NCBI GenBank assembly: GCA_963823665.1
Contig: CAWGMQ010000003.1
Coordinates: forward strand, 1,440,001-1,504,000
Source of the DNA: an uncultured Planctomycetota bacterium
GTDB taxonomy: Bacteria; Planctomycetota; Planctomycetia; Isosphaerales; Isosphaeraceae
Reading direction: 5' to 3'
Length of the DNA stretch: 64,000 nucleotides
The notes beneath the pieces are model-generated. The model was not told the DNA's origin and did not search any database. It worked only from the letters and a program-made list of their open reading frames with translations. This document shows, in pieces, positions 10,348 to 21,000 of the stretch; positions within the stretch are counted from its first letter, which is position 1, and each line of letters begins with the position of its first letter. Position numbers and translations under genes: made by a program.

Positions 10348-10699
10348 TAGGATCGAGGCGGAGTTCTCGCAGCTCCGAGGGCGCCAGCGATCCGTCAGAC
10401 TGCCGTTCCAGAGGATGGAAGAGTTTGATTCGGGCCGCCGTGATCTTGATGGGCGAGCGCAATCCGGATGCGCTCAATTCCATCTTGGCGTCCGTCGCGA
10501 TAAGGCGATCCACGACGCAGTCGTAGTCGACCTCGTGAGCGCGAATCGTCCACTGGTCACGTTGGCCAGGGGGTTTCGTCTGATCTTCACGCACGACGAC
10601 GTTGCCTTTGAAGCGAATCGTCATCGGCCAGTCGCTATCTACTTGCAGCGTTTGAGCGTCGCGGTCGCTCGCCGGCCGTCCGACATATCCCGTGCTCAC
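10325..10699 (-). CDS. hypothetical beta-rich protein or fragment (weak resemblance to OstA/LptD-type jellyroll segments)
   Basis: IRFKGNVVVREDQ...IRAHEVDYD...LIATDAKMEL. Confidence 0.35.
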   Translation of the reverse strand: MSTGYVGRPASDRDAQTLQVDSDWPMTIRFKGNVVVREDQTKPPGQRDQWTIRAHEVDYDCVVDRLIATDAKMELSASGLRSPIKITAARIKLFHPLERQSDGSLAPSELRELRLDPIKTVSDD

Positions 10700-11003
10700 A
10701 CCGCCCCGCGTCGGTGACTGGAATCCGCTGGAATCCCCATACCGGAGAGCTTCCCGATTCAGTGCCTGGGCGTCGTCGTCTGATTATTAGCGATGTCCCG
10801 GGAATCCATCCGGGTCTTGAATTGCCGCGCGAGCTCGGATGAAATAACAACCTGGGGCCGACTCGGTCTGGAGATGGGATCCGGCGCTGTGGCCAGCCGG
10901 CGTCAGTGAAATCTTGAGCCAATCATGCTTCTTGTGGACCGACCGGCTCGACCGCGACACCCGTGATACAGGAATTCTCCCGGTGATGAGATGTTCAATC
11001 GGC

Positions 11004-12608
11004 ATGCCGTGCGCCGGGGCCCTGTTCATCCTGTTGTCGCTCCTGGCCCTCGGGCGAGGCTTGGCCGCCGAACCCGATTCCCGGTTCACGGCATTCTTCG
11101 AGGCCGCCGATCGCGCCGCCCGTCAGACGGCCATCGCGGCCATCCTCGCAGCGGCTCCCGACCCGATGGACGTCGAACGGGCGCTCCAGCAAGGACGGAG
11201 CTATCCGGCCGACACCAAGAAGGGATGGCAGGTGTTCACGCACAGGGGCTCAGATGGCGAGGCTCGGCCGTACCACGTCTACGTGCCCAAGGGTTATGAC
11301 CCAGGCCGGAAGCATCCGGCGATCGTGTCGTTGCACGGGGGCGTCGGCCGCGCCAATCTCCTCCCGGAAAACATGGTAAACCAGATCCGCGCCGAACTTG
11401 AGAAGGATGCGGACAAGTATGGCTGGATCATCATCCTTCCGCTGGGCCAGCGCGGCGCGAGCTGGTTCGATCGGGTGGGTATGACCAACATCCTGGCTCA
11501 ACTCGCGGCCGCCAAGCGGCATTACAACATCGACGAGGACCGGGTTATCCTCGGCGGCTTCTCCGACGGCGCCAGCGGTGCCCTTGTCATGGGCCTTTAT
11601 GATCCCACGCCGTGGGCAGGCTTCTTCGCACTGTCCGGCAGCATTGTCGTCGCCGGCATGGCGCCCGACGACGCTTTCCCTGCTAACCTCGCGAACCGGC
11701 CGGTCCACGCGGCGAACGGGGGAGTCGATCCGCTCTACCCTTCGGTCCTTCAGAAGATGTTCATTGACCAGCTCAAAGAGCAGGGTGTCCGGATCACCTG
11801 GACCGACTACCCAGCGTCGGGGCACGATGGCAGCTACATGGACCAGGAAGACCCGAAGGTCGTGAAGTTCGTGTTCAAGACAGTGCGCGCCCGAGCCCCC
11901 AGACACCTGGTCTGGGAAACTTCCAGCGCAAAGGTCGGCCGCTGCGACTGGGTGCGAGTCGAAGAGGTTCGGGACGTCGGCAACAACCGGGGGCCCGAGC
12001 CCTCCAACCTGATCTTGACCGGACCAGCTCAGTTTGCCATTGCCCCCGACATGGCCTTCGCTGGCCCGGGGGTGCGTGTCCGACAAGTCCCGCCGGGGAC
12101 GCTGTCGCAGACCTCCGGTCTCGAGCCGGGCGATGTCGTGACCCGTCTCCACGGCGTCGAGATCAAAACGGTGGTTGATTTCCAGAAGGTTGGCATCACC
12201 CAGATCTTCGCCATGAAGAAAGGCGACACGATCGACGGCGAGTACCGTCGCGGCGACGCGATCCGATCGTTTCGCGTCGAAGTTCCGGAACTGCCCCGTG
12301 TGCCGATCTTCAAGCGGAGCGGGCTTGCCGGCCGGCTCGAGGTCAACGCCAAGGGCAACCGCATTGAGGTGACGGCCCGCGGGGTTGCCCGCTACACCCT
12401 GTTGATTCGCCGTGAGCTGTTCGACCTCGACCAGCCCATCCAGGTCGTCACGAACGGCGCCGTTAGCTTTCACGCTCGGGTGAAACCCGACGTGGGCTTC
12501 CTGCTCGAACAGGCCGCGGAGGATGACGACCGCTCGGCAATCTCCTGCGCCCGGATCGAGGTCAAAGTGCCCGCCGGGGCGGCTCCGGCTTCCGGGCATC
12601 GGCAGTAG
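11004..12608 (+). CDS. secreted alpha/beta-hydrolase (esterase/peptidase) with PDZ domain
   Basis: Signal peptide; YHVYVPKGYDP, LHGG, GFSDG nucleophile elbow, NG..D, GH; GLEPGDVVTRLHG PDZ motif. Confidence 0.85.
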   Translation: MPCAGALFILLSLLALGRGLAAEPDSRFTAFFEAADRAARQTAIAAILAAAPDPMDVERALQQGRSYPADTKKGWQVFTHRGSDGEARPYHVYVPKGYDPGRKHPAIVSLHGGVGRANLLPENMVNQIRAELEKDADKYGWIIILPLGQRGASWFDRVGMTNILAQLAAAKRHYNIDEDRVILGGFSDGASGALVMGLYDPTPWAGFFALSGSIVVAGMAPDDAFPANLANRPVHAANGGVDPLYPSVLQKMFIDQLKEQGVRITWTDYPASGHDGSYMDQEDPKVVKFVFKTVRARAPRHLVWETSSAKVGRCDWVRVEEVRDVGNNRGPEPSNLILTGPAQFAIAPDMAFAGPGVRVRQVPPGTLSQTSGLEPGDVVTRLHGVEIKTVVDFQKVGITQIFAMKKGDTIDGEYRRGDAIRSFRVEVPELPRVPIFKRSGLAGRLEVNAKGNRIEVTARGVARYTLLIRRELFDLDQPIQVVTNGAVSFHARVKPDVGFLLEQAAEDDDRSAISCARIEVKVPAGAAPASGHRQ

Positions 12609-12641
12609 TGGATAAGCGCACCTCCGCGCGAGATTCAATCA

Positions 12642-13130
12642 ATGGAATACAAAGGCTACACGGGCATTCCCTTCATCGACGAAGAATCGGAGTCTCTCTA
12701 TGGGCACGTGATCGGACTTCGCGACGTCATCACTTTCCACGGCGACAACTTCGCCGAGTTGACGCAGTCATTTCGCGATTCAGTCGACGACTACCTGGAC
12801 TTTTGCAAGTCGCTCGGCCGGTCCCCGGAAAAGCCGTTCTCTGGTCGGTTTCTACTGCGGATTCCCCCGGAGCTCCATCGCGCGCTGTCAATCGCTGCCG
12901 AGTCAAAGGGAATGAATCTGAACTCGCTGATTCTGGAGAAACTTCAATCGTTCCGAAATGAATTCGGGTACTCCAAATTATCGGAGAGATCCGAGCAATT
13001 GGAAGCGGATCAACCCCGGCGCCGGAAGCGAAGGATTTTGCCCGTCGGATCGCTGGATCGATCGTCCGAGCTCGCTGGGAAGTCAAAGGCTCGTAAGAAG
13101 AGCACAAAGGACCGCGCCGGCGAGCGATGA
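12642..13130 (+). CDS. hicB: HicB family antitoxin
   Basis: MEYKGY..G.VIGLRDVITFHG...DDYLDFC...PEKPFSGRFLLRIPPELHR...LNSLI. Confidence 0.85.
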   Translation: MEYKGYTGIPFIDEESESLYGHVIGLRDVITFHGDNFAELTQSFRDSVDDYLDFCKSLGRSPEKPFSGRFLLRIPPELHRALSIAAESKGMNLNSLILEKLQSFRNEFGYSKLSERSEQLEADQPRRRKRRILPVGSLDRSSELAGKSKARKKSTKDRAGER

Positions 13131-13283
13131 CACAACCGAGACACCATCGGTAAGCCCGAATTCAATGCAGGTTCTCAGCGAGGCGCGAGAGGAGGTGATT
13201 CCTCGGCACGATCAAAGCCAGACTGCGCGTCGCCTCTCTTCGAGGGCGGGATTTCCACCCGGAAAGGGCGTCGCTCGCGCCTC

Positions 13284-13312
13284 TTGCATATTTATGACGG
13301 TCGTCATAAAAT
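13284..13312 (+). promoter_or_regulatory. sigma70-like promoter overlapped by a palindromic operator (probable BlaI site)
   Basis: TTGCAT-17 nt-TAAAAT; inverted repeat TTTATGACG-GT-CGTCATAAA at 13291-13310. Confidence 0.7.
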
Positions 13313-13363
13313 CGGGTGATTCACTACAAAGGTCATAACGAGAAGGCTCGGAGGCGAGGGGTT

Positions 13364-13771
13364 ATGGGAGCGCGGCGGCGGACTCCGCGGCTGAGTGCGG
13401 GGGAGATGGAGATCATGGCGATGCTCTGGGAGCATGGGGAGCTGACGCTCTCGTCGGCCCATCAGGCTCTGGGTCGACCGATCGGATATACGACCGTGCA
13501 GACGCGGCTGAACCGCCTGGTCGAGAAGAGAGTCGTCACCCGGTCGACCGGGCGCCCTGCACAATATGCCGCGGCGGTGAGCGCGCTCGACGTCGGTACC
13601 CGGCACCTGGATCTGCTCCTGGAGCGGATCAGGGGGTTCAAGATCGTTCCACTGGTAGCCCACCTGGTTCGGGATCGCCGGCTAACCGCCGAGGAAATTC
13701 GCGAGCTGAAGCGATTGATCGGTCAAGCGGAGGCGTCGAACCAGGGCCGGGGCAGGGAGAGGAAAACGTGA
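13364..13771 (+). CDS. BlaI/MecI/CopY family transcriptional repressor
   Basis: LSAGEMEIMAMLW...YTTVQTRLNRLVEKRVVTR...LTAEEIRELKRLI. Confidence 0.92.
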   Translation: MGARRRTPRLSAGEMEIMAMLWEHGELTLSSAHQALGRPIGYTTVQTRLNRLVEKRVVTRSTGRPAQYAAAVSALDVGTRHLDLLLERIRGFKIVPLVAHLVRDRRLTAEEIRELKRLIGQAEASNQGRGRERKT

Positions 13772-15191
13772 ACGTATATACAGATGATATGCTTTAGAGC
13801 ATGCTGCGCACGACCGGGGTGCTTGCAGTCTCCGTCCTGGTTGCTCGAGCGTTGCTCGGCCGGCGGCGCCCGGTGGCGCCCTCGCTGTGGCGCATCGCCT
13901 GCGTTCTGTCGCTCCTTCAGGGCGTACTGATCGTGCGGTTCTCCGTGCCGCTGCCGTGGGCCGGGCACGTGATGTCGTCCGCCGTGCCCGCGCCAACGTC
14001 GTTCACGAACGCCGAACGCGTGGTCCCGCCCGATCCGGCGCCTCCAACCGCTTCGTTGTCCGAGCGCGGCAACGGGACGGGACGAGCATCGAACGCGGCT
14101 TCGCCGGCGAGGGGTGCAGGGCAAGAGCCATGAGTCGATCGAGCTGGAGTGACCTGGCGCGAGTTCGTCGTGGCCGGATGGCTCGCCGGCATCGTGGGGC
14201 TGGTGGCCACACTGCTCATCGGGTACGTTCGATTCGCATTGGGTCTGCGGACGAGACCGCCCGACGAGGGGGCGTGGTCCGACGAGTGGTCAGCATTGCT
14301 TTTGGAGCGAGGCATCCGCCAGCCGATTCCGCTCCGGGTCACTGACCTACAGGGACCGATGCTTTGCCGGCTACCCGCCGGATATCGATTGATTGTGCCG
14401 GCGCGGCTATGGAGAAGTCTCAACGCCGCTGAGCGCCGGGCGATCCTTTTGCATGAGCTGGCACACTACACACGGGGCGATCTGTGGAAGTCGCTGGCGA
14501 TCCGCGCTCTTGCGCTGCCGCACTGGTTCAACCCGTTCGCCTGGTGGGCGGTACGTACCTTCGACGAGTGCGGTGAATGGGCCTGCGACGACGACGCCAC
14601 GGGTGTCGAGCCGAGCGCGGCCACCACTTATGCCCGAGCGTTGTTCCAGCTCGCGGAGACGGGCGACCGACGGCGATCGTTCGGATTCTCAGCGCGTGGC
14701 TCGTCGCTGGCGGCGCGGGTGCGGCGGCTGATGCAACCGAGACGCGCTTCCGAACCGATCCGTACTCGATTGATTGTCATGGGTCTATTGATCGCTCTGG
14801 CGACGGCTCAAGTGCTCCGCCCCGAGTTGGCGGCCGCGCCATTGGCTCGCCCGACCTCAGCGACTCGATCCATCTCTGGGAAATTGCCACGGGCAAAGAC
14901 CTTCGGCAGTTCCCGGGCGAGCCGGCCGAAAAGCGGGGAGATATCCGCATCGTCAACGCGCTGTCGTTCACTGCGGACGGACGTATTTTGATTTCCGGCG
15001 AGGAGAACGGCTCGATCGTGATCTATGATGCTTCGAACGCGGCGGTGCGGGCGACTCTGCGCGGGCACAAGAATAGTGTGCGTGCCGTATGTGTCTCGAC
15101 GAACGGCAAACGGCTGGTGTCGGCGAGCACGGATCTGACGGCGCTCGTTTGGGACCTGGCGGGGGTGATCGAGGGGCGCTGGGGCAATTGA
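13768..15191 (+). pseudogene. decayed BlaR1-like M56 peptidase with WD40 tail
   Basis: HELAHYTRGD, HWFNPFAWW, EWACDD; in-frame TAG 13795-97 and TGA 14131-33; frame jump at ~14850 to terminal WD40 repeats (LRGHKNSV...LVWDL). Confidence 0.8.
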
Positions 15192-15542
15192 TGCCTCAAC
15201 GATGTTTCGTGGGCTTGCTTTCAAATCGAGCAAGAGATCGACACGCTTCCGCCGGTGCCGACCGGCTATTTGCCGGTGACTCAACGAGGCTGGGGCATCG
15301 AGGCGATTCAACTTCCCACGCTACAGCGGAAAATCGTTCGGCCGGCAGCGCCGGAGAACAGCCATGACTGGGCCTTGGCCCATGCCGAGAGTGGCCCCGA
15401 TTCCACGGGGCGAATCGCCTACGTCGAAGACCATTTCTTTGTCGAGCACGAAACGGACTGGCGGCACCTTTTACGGACGATCCGGCGCCGGTGAGCTCAT
15501 CGCGCACGGGCACTCGTGCGGTTCAACCGCGAGCGCGCCGCA

Positions 15543-15586
15543 GAGCGGCACGGCGCACGTTCCGACGCGGGAGCGTCGGAACGAGG
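15543..15586. repeat. REP-like palindrome CGTTCCGACGC-GGGA-GCGTCGGAACG
   Basis: Perfect hairpin; recurs at ~17592 and ~17689 with a shared GAGCGGCAC leader. Confidence 0.8.
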
Positions 15587-15856
15587 GGGAGCCGCGGCTT
15601 GGGCATCACGCGAGGATCGCTGCCGGGCCTGGATCGCTGCGGACGGGATCGACCCTGTGGATTGTGAGGATTCATCGGGCTGCGGCTTTCACAGAAACTT
15701 AGAAGGCTTTAGCAAACGCGGAGTTTTGGACGACGTTCTTAATAAGGCGACGCAGGCAAGCTTGATAAGGGCTGACGAGGCTGAGCTTTCCTGGGCTGTT
15801 CGGTGTTGAAAAGAGCTGTTTTCTCAGCGAAATGAAGTGAACGGGAGAGAATCATC

Positions 15857-17524
15857 ATGGTGAGCGAAGCCAAGATTGCGGCGAACCGCAGGAACGCCAC
15901 AAAAAGCTGCGGGCCCAAAACCGAAGCCGGTAAGAAAATCGCCCGATTCAATGCACTCACGCATGGAATGACAGCTGAAATTGCGATGTTGCCGGAGGAG
16001 GATGCGGCGGTTTATGAATCGCGCCGGAGGGACTGGTTCGAGCAGTACAAGCCGCGGAATGGTGTGGAAGCGGCCAAGGTTGAACGGAGTTTTTACTTGT
16101 GGTGGCAACTCGGGCGGATCGGACGTGCACAGTCGGCGCAGCTCTGTGAGAAATCCCGGACGGCGGAGAGTGAACGGCTGGCGAGTGAAGCCAGAGAGAC
16201 GATCGAGCTGTCGATCAAGCTCTTTCTGCCGACCCCGGAGGCTCGCTGGGGGACTGCGGAGAATTCGACGCGCGACCGAGGTTTTGAGCATCCCGCACTG
16301 ATCGAGAGCCGGCTGGAAGAACTGGAGGACGGCTGCCGGTGGCTTCACGCGCAGTGGAAGGAGGAAGCCGCGATTCTGGACGCAGGCAAAGCTTGGGGGG
16401 CGATCGAGTGTTTCAAGGCGATCAGGCTGATGGGAATGCATGTCCTCTCGGCTATCGATCTCAACGAGGTGGCCGATTTCCTGCGGCCGTGCGTGGCACT
16501 GGCCGGAAAGGGAATCGGGCTGGCGAGGGAAACATGGACGCTGCTTGCTCCGCCCGATGCCGAGCGAGGTTGGGAGGTCGTGCGCGGGCAGTTGGAACCA
16601 TGTGACGCGCTGCCCATGTGCGCGGAAGAAGCGAGGGAATGGTTACGCGAGACAGTCGAAACGCAGATCGGGCGGCTGGCCGAGAAAATCGAGGAGCACG
16701 AAAGCGTCGCCGAGGTCCTCGGGACACTGGCGCGTGACCTGCATGCTTTCGACTGGAGCCCTCTCGCCGAGCGGACGCGACGGTACGAGCGGGCCTGTCA
16801 ACGAACCGTCGACCGAATCGATCGCGAGCTCGAAACACGGCCTTGGCTGTCGTCTGAGCAATTCGTGCCGGCATCGACTTTGAACCGGAGGCTCACCCCG
16901 AGCTTGGTGCAATCCATGCGTGCGAGGTTAATGGCGGGTGATGCGATCGGCGCAGCCGACGACGAGGACGAAGAAGAAGTTGGGCGGCAACGAAACGAAG
17001 CCAACGGGGACGACGGAGTTGAATCGACGATGAACTTCGTCGATGACGGGCGGACGCATGTTTGCGAAGCCGAGGGCGACACCCCTGGCAGGCACGAATT
17101 AACGATGAATTATGGCGATACGGCCGCTCGACGAAACGAAGCCAACGGGCATGAGCGGTCGGGAGAAGCGCCGCGACGAAACGAAGCCAACGGGGACGAC
17201 GAAGCGTCGCCCTTGATGCGACGAAACGAACCCAACGGGAGGGAGGACGGTTCAGTCGCAACGATTGACGGGTTTGAGAGGTCGAAGGTCGCCGACGGCT
17301 CGCGCGGCGATGGTACCTCGTCCGAAGAAACAAGTGACGAAACACCGCAACAATCGACTGACCTCGCGTGTGAGACCCAGGCTGGGGCGGTCGAGAGGCG
17401 CCAGGTGGGCTCGGCGACGGTGACACGATTCAGCCTGGCTGCGGGTGTGAAGGGAAGCAGGGCCGATTCGCGCCGTGAGCGGCGTGCGCGGCGGCGGCGG
17501 GAAATGCGGCAGCGAAACCGCTGA
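15857..17524 (+). CDS. hypothetical protein, ANRRNA..S.GP.T..GK...NAL.HG family, with C-terminal RRNE(A/P)NG repeats
   Basis: 555-aa ORF with GGGAGAG RBS; paralog at 59446..61194. Confidence 0.85.
   Translation: MVSEAKIAANRRNATKSCGPKTEAGKKIARFNALTHGMTAEIAMLPEEDAAVYESRRRDWFEQYKPRNGVEAAKVERSFYLWWQLGRIGRAQSAQLCEKSRTAESERLASEARETIELSIKLFLPTPEARWGTAENSTRDRGFEHPALIESRLEELEDGCRWLHAQWKEEAAILDAGKAWGAIECFKAIRLMGMHVLSAIDLNEVADFLRPCVALAGKGIGLARETWTLLAPPDAERGWEVVRGQLEPCDALPMCAEEAREWLRETVETQIGRLAEKIEEHESVAEVLGTLARDLHAFDWSPLAERTRRYERACQRTVDRIDRELETRPWLSSEQFVPASTLNRRLTPSLVQSMRARLMAGDAIGAADDEDEEEVGRQRNEANGDDGVESTMNFVDDGRTHVCEAEGDTPGRHELTMNYGDTAARRNEANGHERSGEAPRRNEANGDDEASPLMRRNEPNGREDGSVATIDGFERSKVADGSRGDGTSSEETSDETPQQSTDLACETQAGAVERRQVGSATVTRFSLAAGVKGSRADSRRERRARRRREMRQRNR
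16991..17239 (+). repeat. four direct repeats CGAAACGAA(G/C)CCAACGGG
   Basis: Start at 16991, 17132, 17177 and 17222 (spacings 141, 45, 45). Confidence 0.9.
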
Positions 17525-17571
17525 TGATGCGAACCGGAATCAATAACATCCGAAGTTCGACGGTTTGGACG

Positions 17572-17895
17572 CCACGGAGCGGCACGGGGGCCGTTCGGAC
17601 GCGGGAGCGTCGGAACGAGGAGTCGGCGCGCGCTGTGGAGTTTGTCGGGAAATCAACCGTTTGCACGCGGCGGAGCGGCACCGGAGACCGTTCCGACGCG
17701 GGAGCGTCGGAACGAGGGGGGGTGGCTCTTTATTGCTGTATCAGTTCCATTCAGTCCCATTTCTCGAATGGCCAAAAAGACATGTCTGGAGAAGCTCGCG
17801 TGAGAGCACAAGCCGAACCTGGATTCGGGAATGCCTCGGGGCAATTCGATCCGTGCGTGGGCGCGGGGAAATCGTCAGGCTAAAGCCTGACCTAC
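17572..17895. repeat. REP cluster: two CGTTC(C/G)GACGCGGGAGCGTCGGAACGAGG units plus a GTAG-type REP
   Basis: Hairpins at ~17592-17620 and ~17689-17717; minus-strand GTAG-GTCAGGC-TTTA-GCCTGAC at 17874-17895. Confidence 0.78.
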
Positions 17896-18099
17896 CTCGA
17901 GCAGACGAGTGCGGGGGTTGGGGCTTCGCGAACGGCTCCGATTATTAGGGGAAGGTTGCGGGACAAACCAGCGGCTTTGGCGGGCGTCTTGGTGCATACT
18001 TGAATTTGAGATTGACGTCTGCGGGGGTTGTTGCGCGCTTCCCGGCCGGGCTGACCCGGCGAGGGGGAGTTGATCTCGCCGGGATTGAGGTGCGGCCAG

Positions 18100-21000
18100 A
18101 TGGCGGATTCGAGTCCCAGCAAATGGCGGAGGGTCAGGACCCCCACCGTTCTGCAAATGGAGGCGGCGGAGTGCGGAGCCGCTGCGCTGGGGATCGTCCT
18201 GGAGTTTTACGGCCGGTATATCCCCCTCGACGTGCTGCGCGACGATTGCGGCGTCTCGCGCGACGGCAGCAACGCGTTTTACATCAAAGAGGCGGCCAAG
18301 AGATACGGTCTGGAAGTCAAAGCGGGGCGGAAATCGGCCGAGGGGATACGATCCTGGCGGCCTCCGATCATTGCGTTCTGGCAGTGGAACCACTTCCTTG
18401 TGGTCGAGGGATTCGGGCATGGAAAGGTCTACGTGAACGATCCCGCCAGCGGCCGGCGGACGATGGGGTTCGAGGAGTTCCGGGAGGGATATTCGGGGAT
18501 CGCGTTCACGTTCGAGCCTGGACCGCAGTTCGTCAAGCAAGGACGACGTCCGAGCATATTCCGCGGTCTGGCCAGACGACTGGCGAGCTCGCGGGTGGCG
18601 ATTGTTTTCGTCGTGCTGGCCGGGCTGGCGCTCGTGATTCCCAACCTGGTGACGGCGGCTTTTCAGCGAGTGTTCATGGACGAGATCCTCATTCAGGGGC
18701 ATCACAACTGGCTGAGGCCGCTGCTTGTGGCCATGGCACTGACGGCCATCCTGCGGGTTGCGGCGGCCGCGCTCCAGCAGTTGTACCTGACGCGGTTCGA
18801 GGTGAAGCTTTTGCTCGAAGAGTCGCTCAAGTTCCTGGGACACGTGCTGCGGTTACCGCTGGTCTTCTTTCAACGGCGATATACGGGCGATCTGGTGGCG
18901 CGCGTTTCGAGCACGGCACGCGTGGCCGCGCTGCTCTCGGGCGAGCTGGCGACGACGGCCGTCAGTTTGCTGACGCTGGTGGCTTATGTCGCGGTGATGC
19001 TGCCTTATGAGCCGCTGCTGGCGATTGTGGGGCTCTTGATCAGCAGCTTGAATCTTGTTGCGCTCAAGATGTTCAGCCGCTGGAGGAGCGACCAGAACCG
19101 GGTGATCGAGCAGATACGCGGCAAGCTGCTGGCGGGGATCATGGGGGCGATCCAGATCGTCGAGAGCATCAAGGCGACCGGATCCGAGTCGGAAATGCTG
19201 GTGCGCTGGACGGGCGACCAGGCGCGAATGATCAACGCGGAACAAGTCCTTGGGGTTTACGACACGCTGCTGTTCGTGATTCCGCCGCTCCTGGCGAGCC
19301 TGACGACGATCGTGGTGCTGGGCCTGGGCGGCCACCAGGTCATGGCCGGCGGCCTGGGCATTGGCGTGCTGCTGGCGCTTCAGGCGCTGCTGGCGGGGTT
19401 CAATCAGCCATTCCTGGATCTGGCCCGACTGGGAGCCGACGTGCAGGAGCTGCGGGCCGATCTCGATCGGATCGACGACGTGCGGAACCGGCCGATCGAC
19501 CCGGTGTATGCACTGGCGGGGCAGATCACGGCGGTCTCCGGGGCAAGCGAGGCGGCGCGGGCGGCCGCGGCGCGGCACCGGCTCTCAGGGCACATCGAGT
19601 TTCGCAACGTCACGTTCGGGTACAACCGGACGGTCGAGGAGCCATTGATCCACGATTTCTCATTTGTTGCTATTCCTGGCCAGCGGATTGCGCTTGTGGG
19701 CTCTTCGGGCAGCGGCAAATCGACGATCGGCCGGCTGGCGATGGGGCTGTATCAACCATGGAGCGGCGAGATTCTCTACGATGGCCATCGGCTCGCGGAG
19801 ATTCCTCGCGAGGTGTTCGTGAACTCGGTGCTGCTGGTTGACTCGGAGATTTGCCTGTTCGAGGGGACGGTGCGCGACAACCTGACGCTCTGGGATGATT
19901 TTGTTCCGATGGCGCGGCTGACGCAGGCGGGGGTGGAGGCGGCGATTCACCGCGATCTGCTTCAGCGGCGGGGCGGTTATGGCGCGGCTGTCAGCGAGGC
20001 GGGACGGAACTTTTCGGGCGGGCAGCGGCAGCGTCTTCAAATCGCGCGGGCGATTGTGCGGGAACCGAGCCTGCTCGTGCTGGACGAGGCCACGAGCGCG
20101 CTTGATCCGCGAACCGAGCGAATCGTCGACGACAACCTCCGCAGGCGAGGCTGCACCTGCTTGATCATCGCCCACCGGCTGACGACGATCCGGGACTGCG
20201 ACGAGATCATCGTCTTGAATGCAGGGCGAGTGGTGCAGCGCGGCACGCACGATGAGCTGATCGCGGATAGCGCGGGTGAGTATGCGCGGCTGCTTGCTTT
20301 TCAGGTGCTACCGGGGGTGCGGCACGGACGGTTTTCGTGGAGAAGGAGTCGAGCGGCCCAGACGATCGTTCCGGTGGAGAGCCGAATCGAGATCGCCGGG
20401 AACTCGGCGGGGGGCCATGTGGAGCCGGTCGCGGTGCCCAGGGTGGTGGCGGGTGGAGAGCAGACGGATTCGCCGCGGTTCATCGTGGAGGAGCTGCTGC
20501 CCTACAGCCAGCCGGAGAGCACGGCGGCGAATCGTCCGCTTTCGCTTGACGATCCCGAAGCGGTCTGGTGGGTCTCATCCGGCGGGGTCGACGTGTTTTT
20601 CACACAGTTTGAGCCGGGTGCGCCGGAAGGGAACAGGCGGCATTTGTGCCGGGTGGAGGAAGGGGGCTCGATCTTCGCGATCAGCGGGGTTCGCGGCCGG
20701 TTGGGGAGTGGGCTGGTGGCCGTCGGGGCGGGGCCGGCTCAGCTTCTCAAGTTCGCCCGGGGTGATTTGATCCGCCTGAGCTTCGAGGAGGGGCTTTCCG
20801 AGCAAGTTGCGGTTCTGGTCGACGATTGGCTGCTGCGAGTCGGCCGCGCACTGGGGCGACTCGCGGGAATCGAAGGTTATCGCGAGCTTGAGTGGGACAC
20901 TTGCACGGACCTCGATCGGGAGGTGCGGTTCGGTGTGCGCCAGGGAGTGGGCTGGGTGCGGCAGCTTAGCGGGAGCTCGTGGTTTCTGGATGAGGTTCCG

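Noticed and set aside
13795..14133. Stop-codon recoding (Sec/Pyl or alternative code) in the M56 gene
   Set aside because: TAG and TGA end normal genes throughout the window, and the gene also has a deletion
16991..17239. CRISPR array
   Set aside because: Repeats are only ~18 bp, non-palindromic, irregularly spaced and in frame within a CDS; no cas genes
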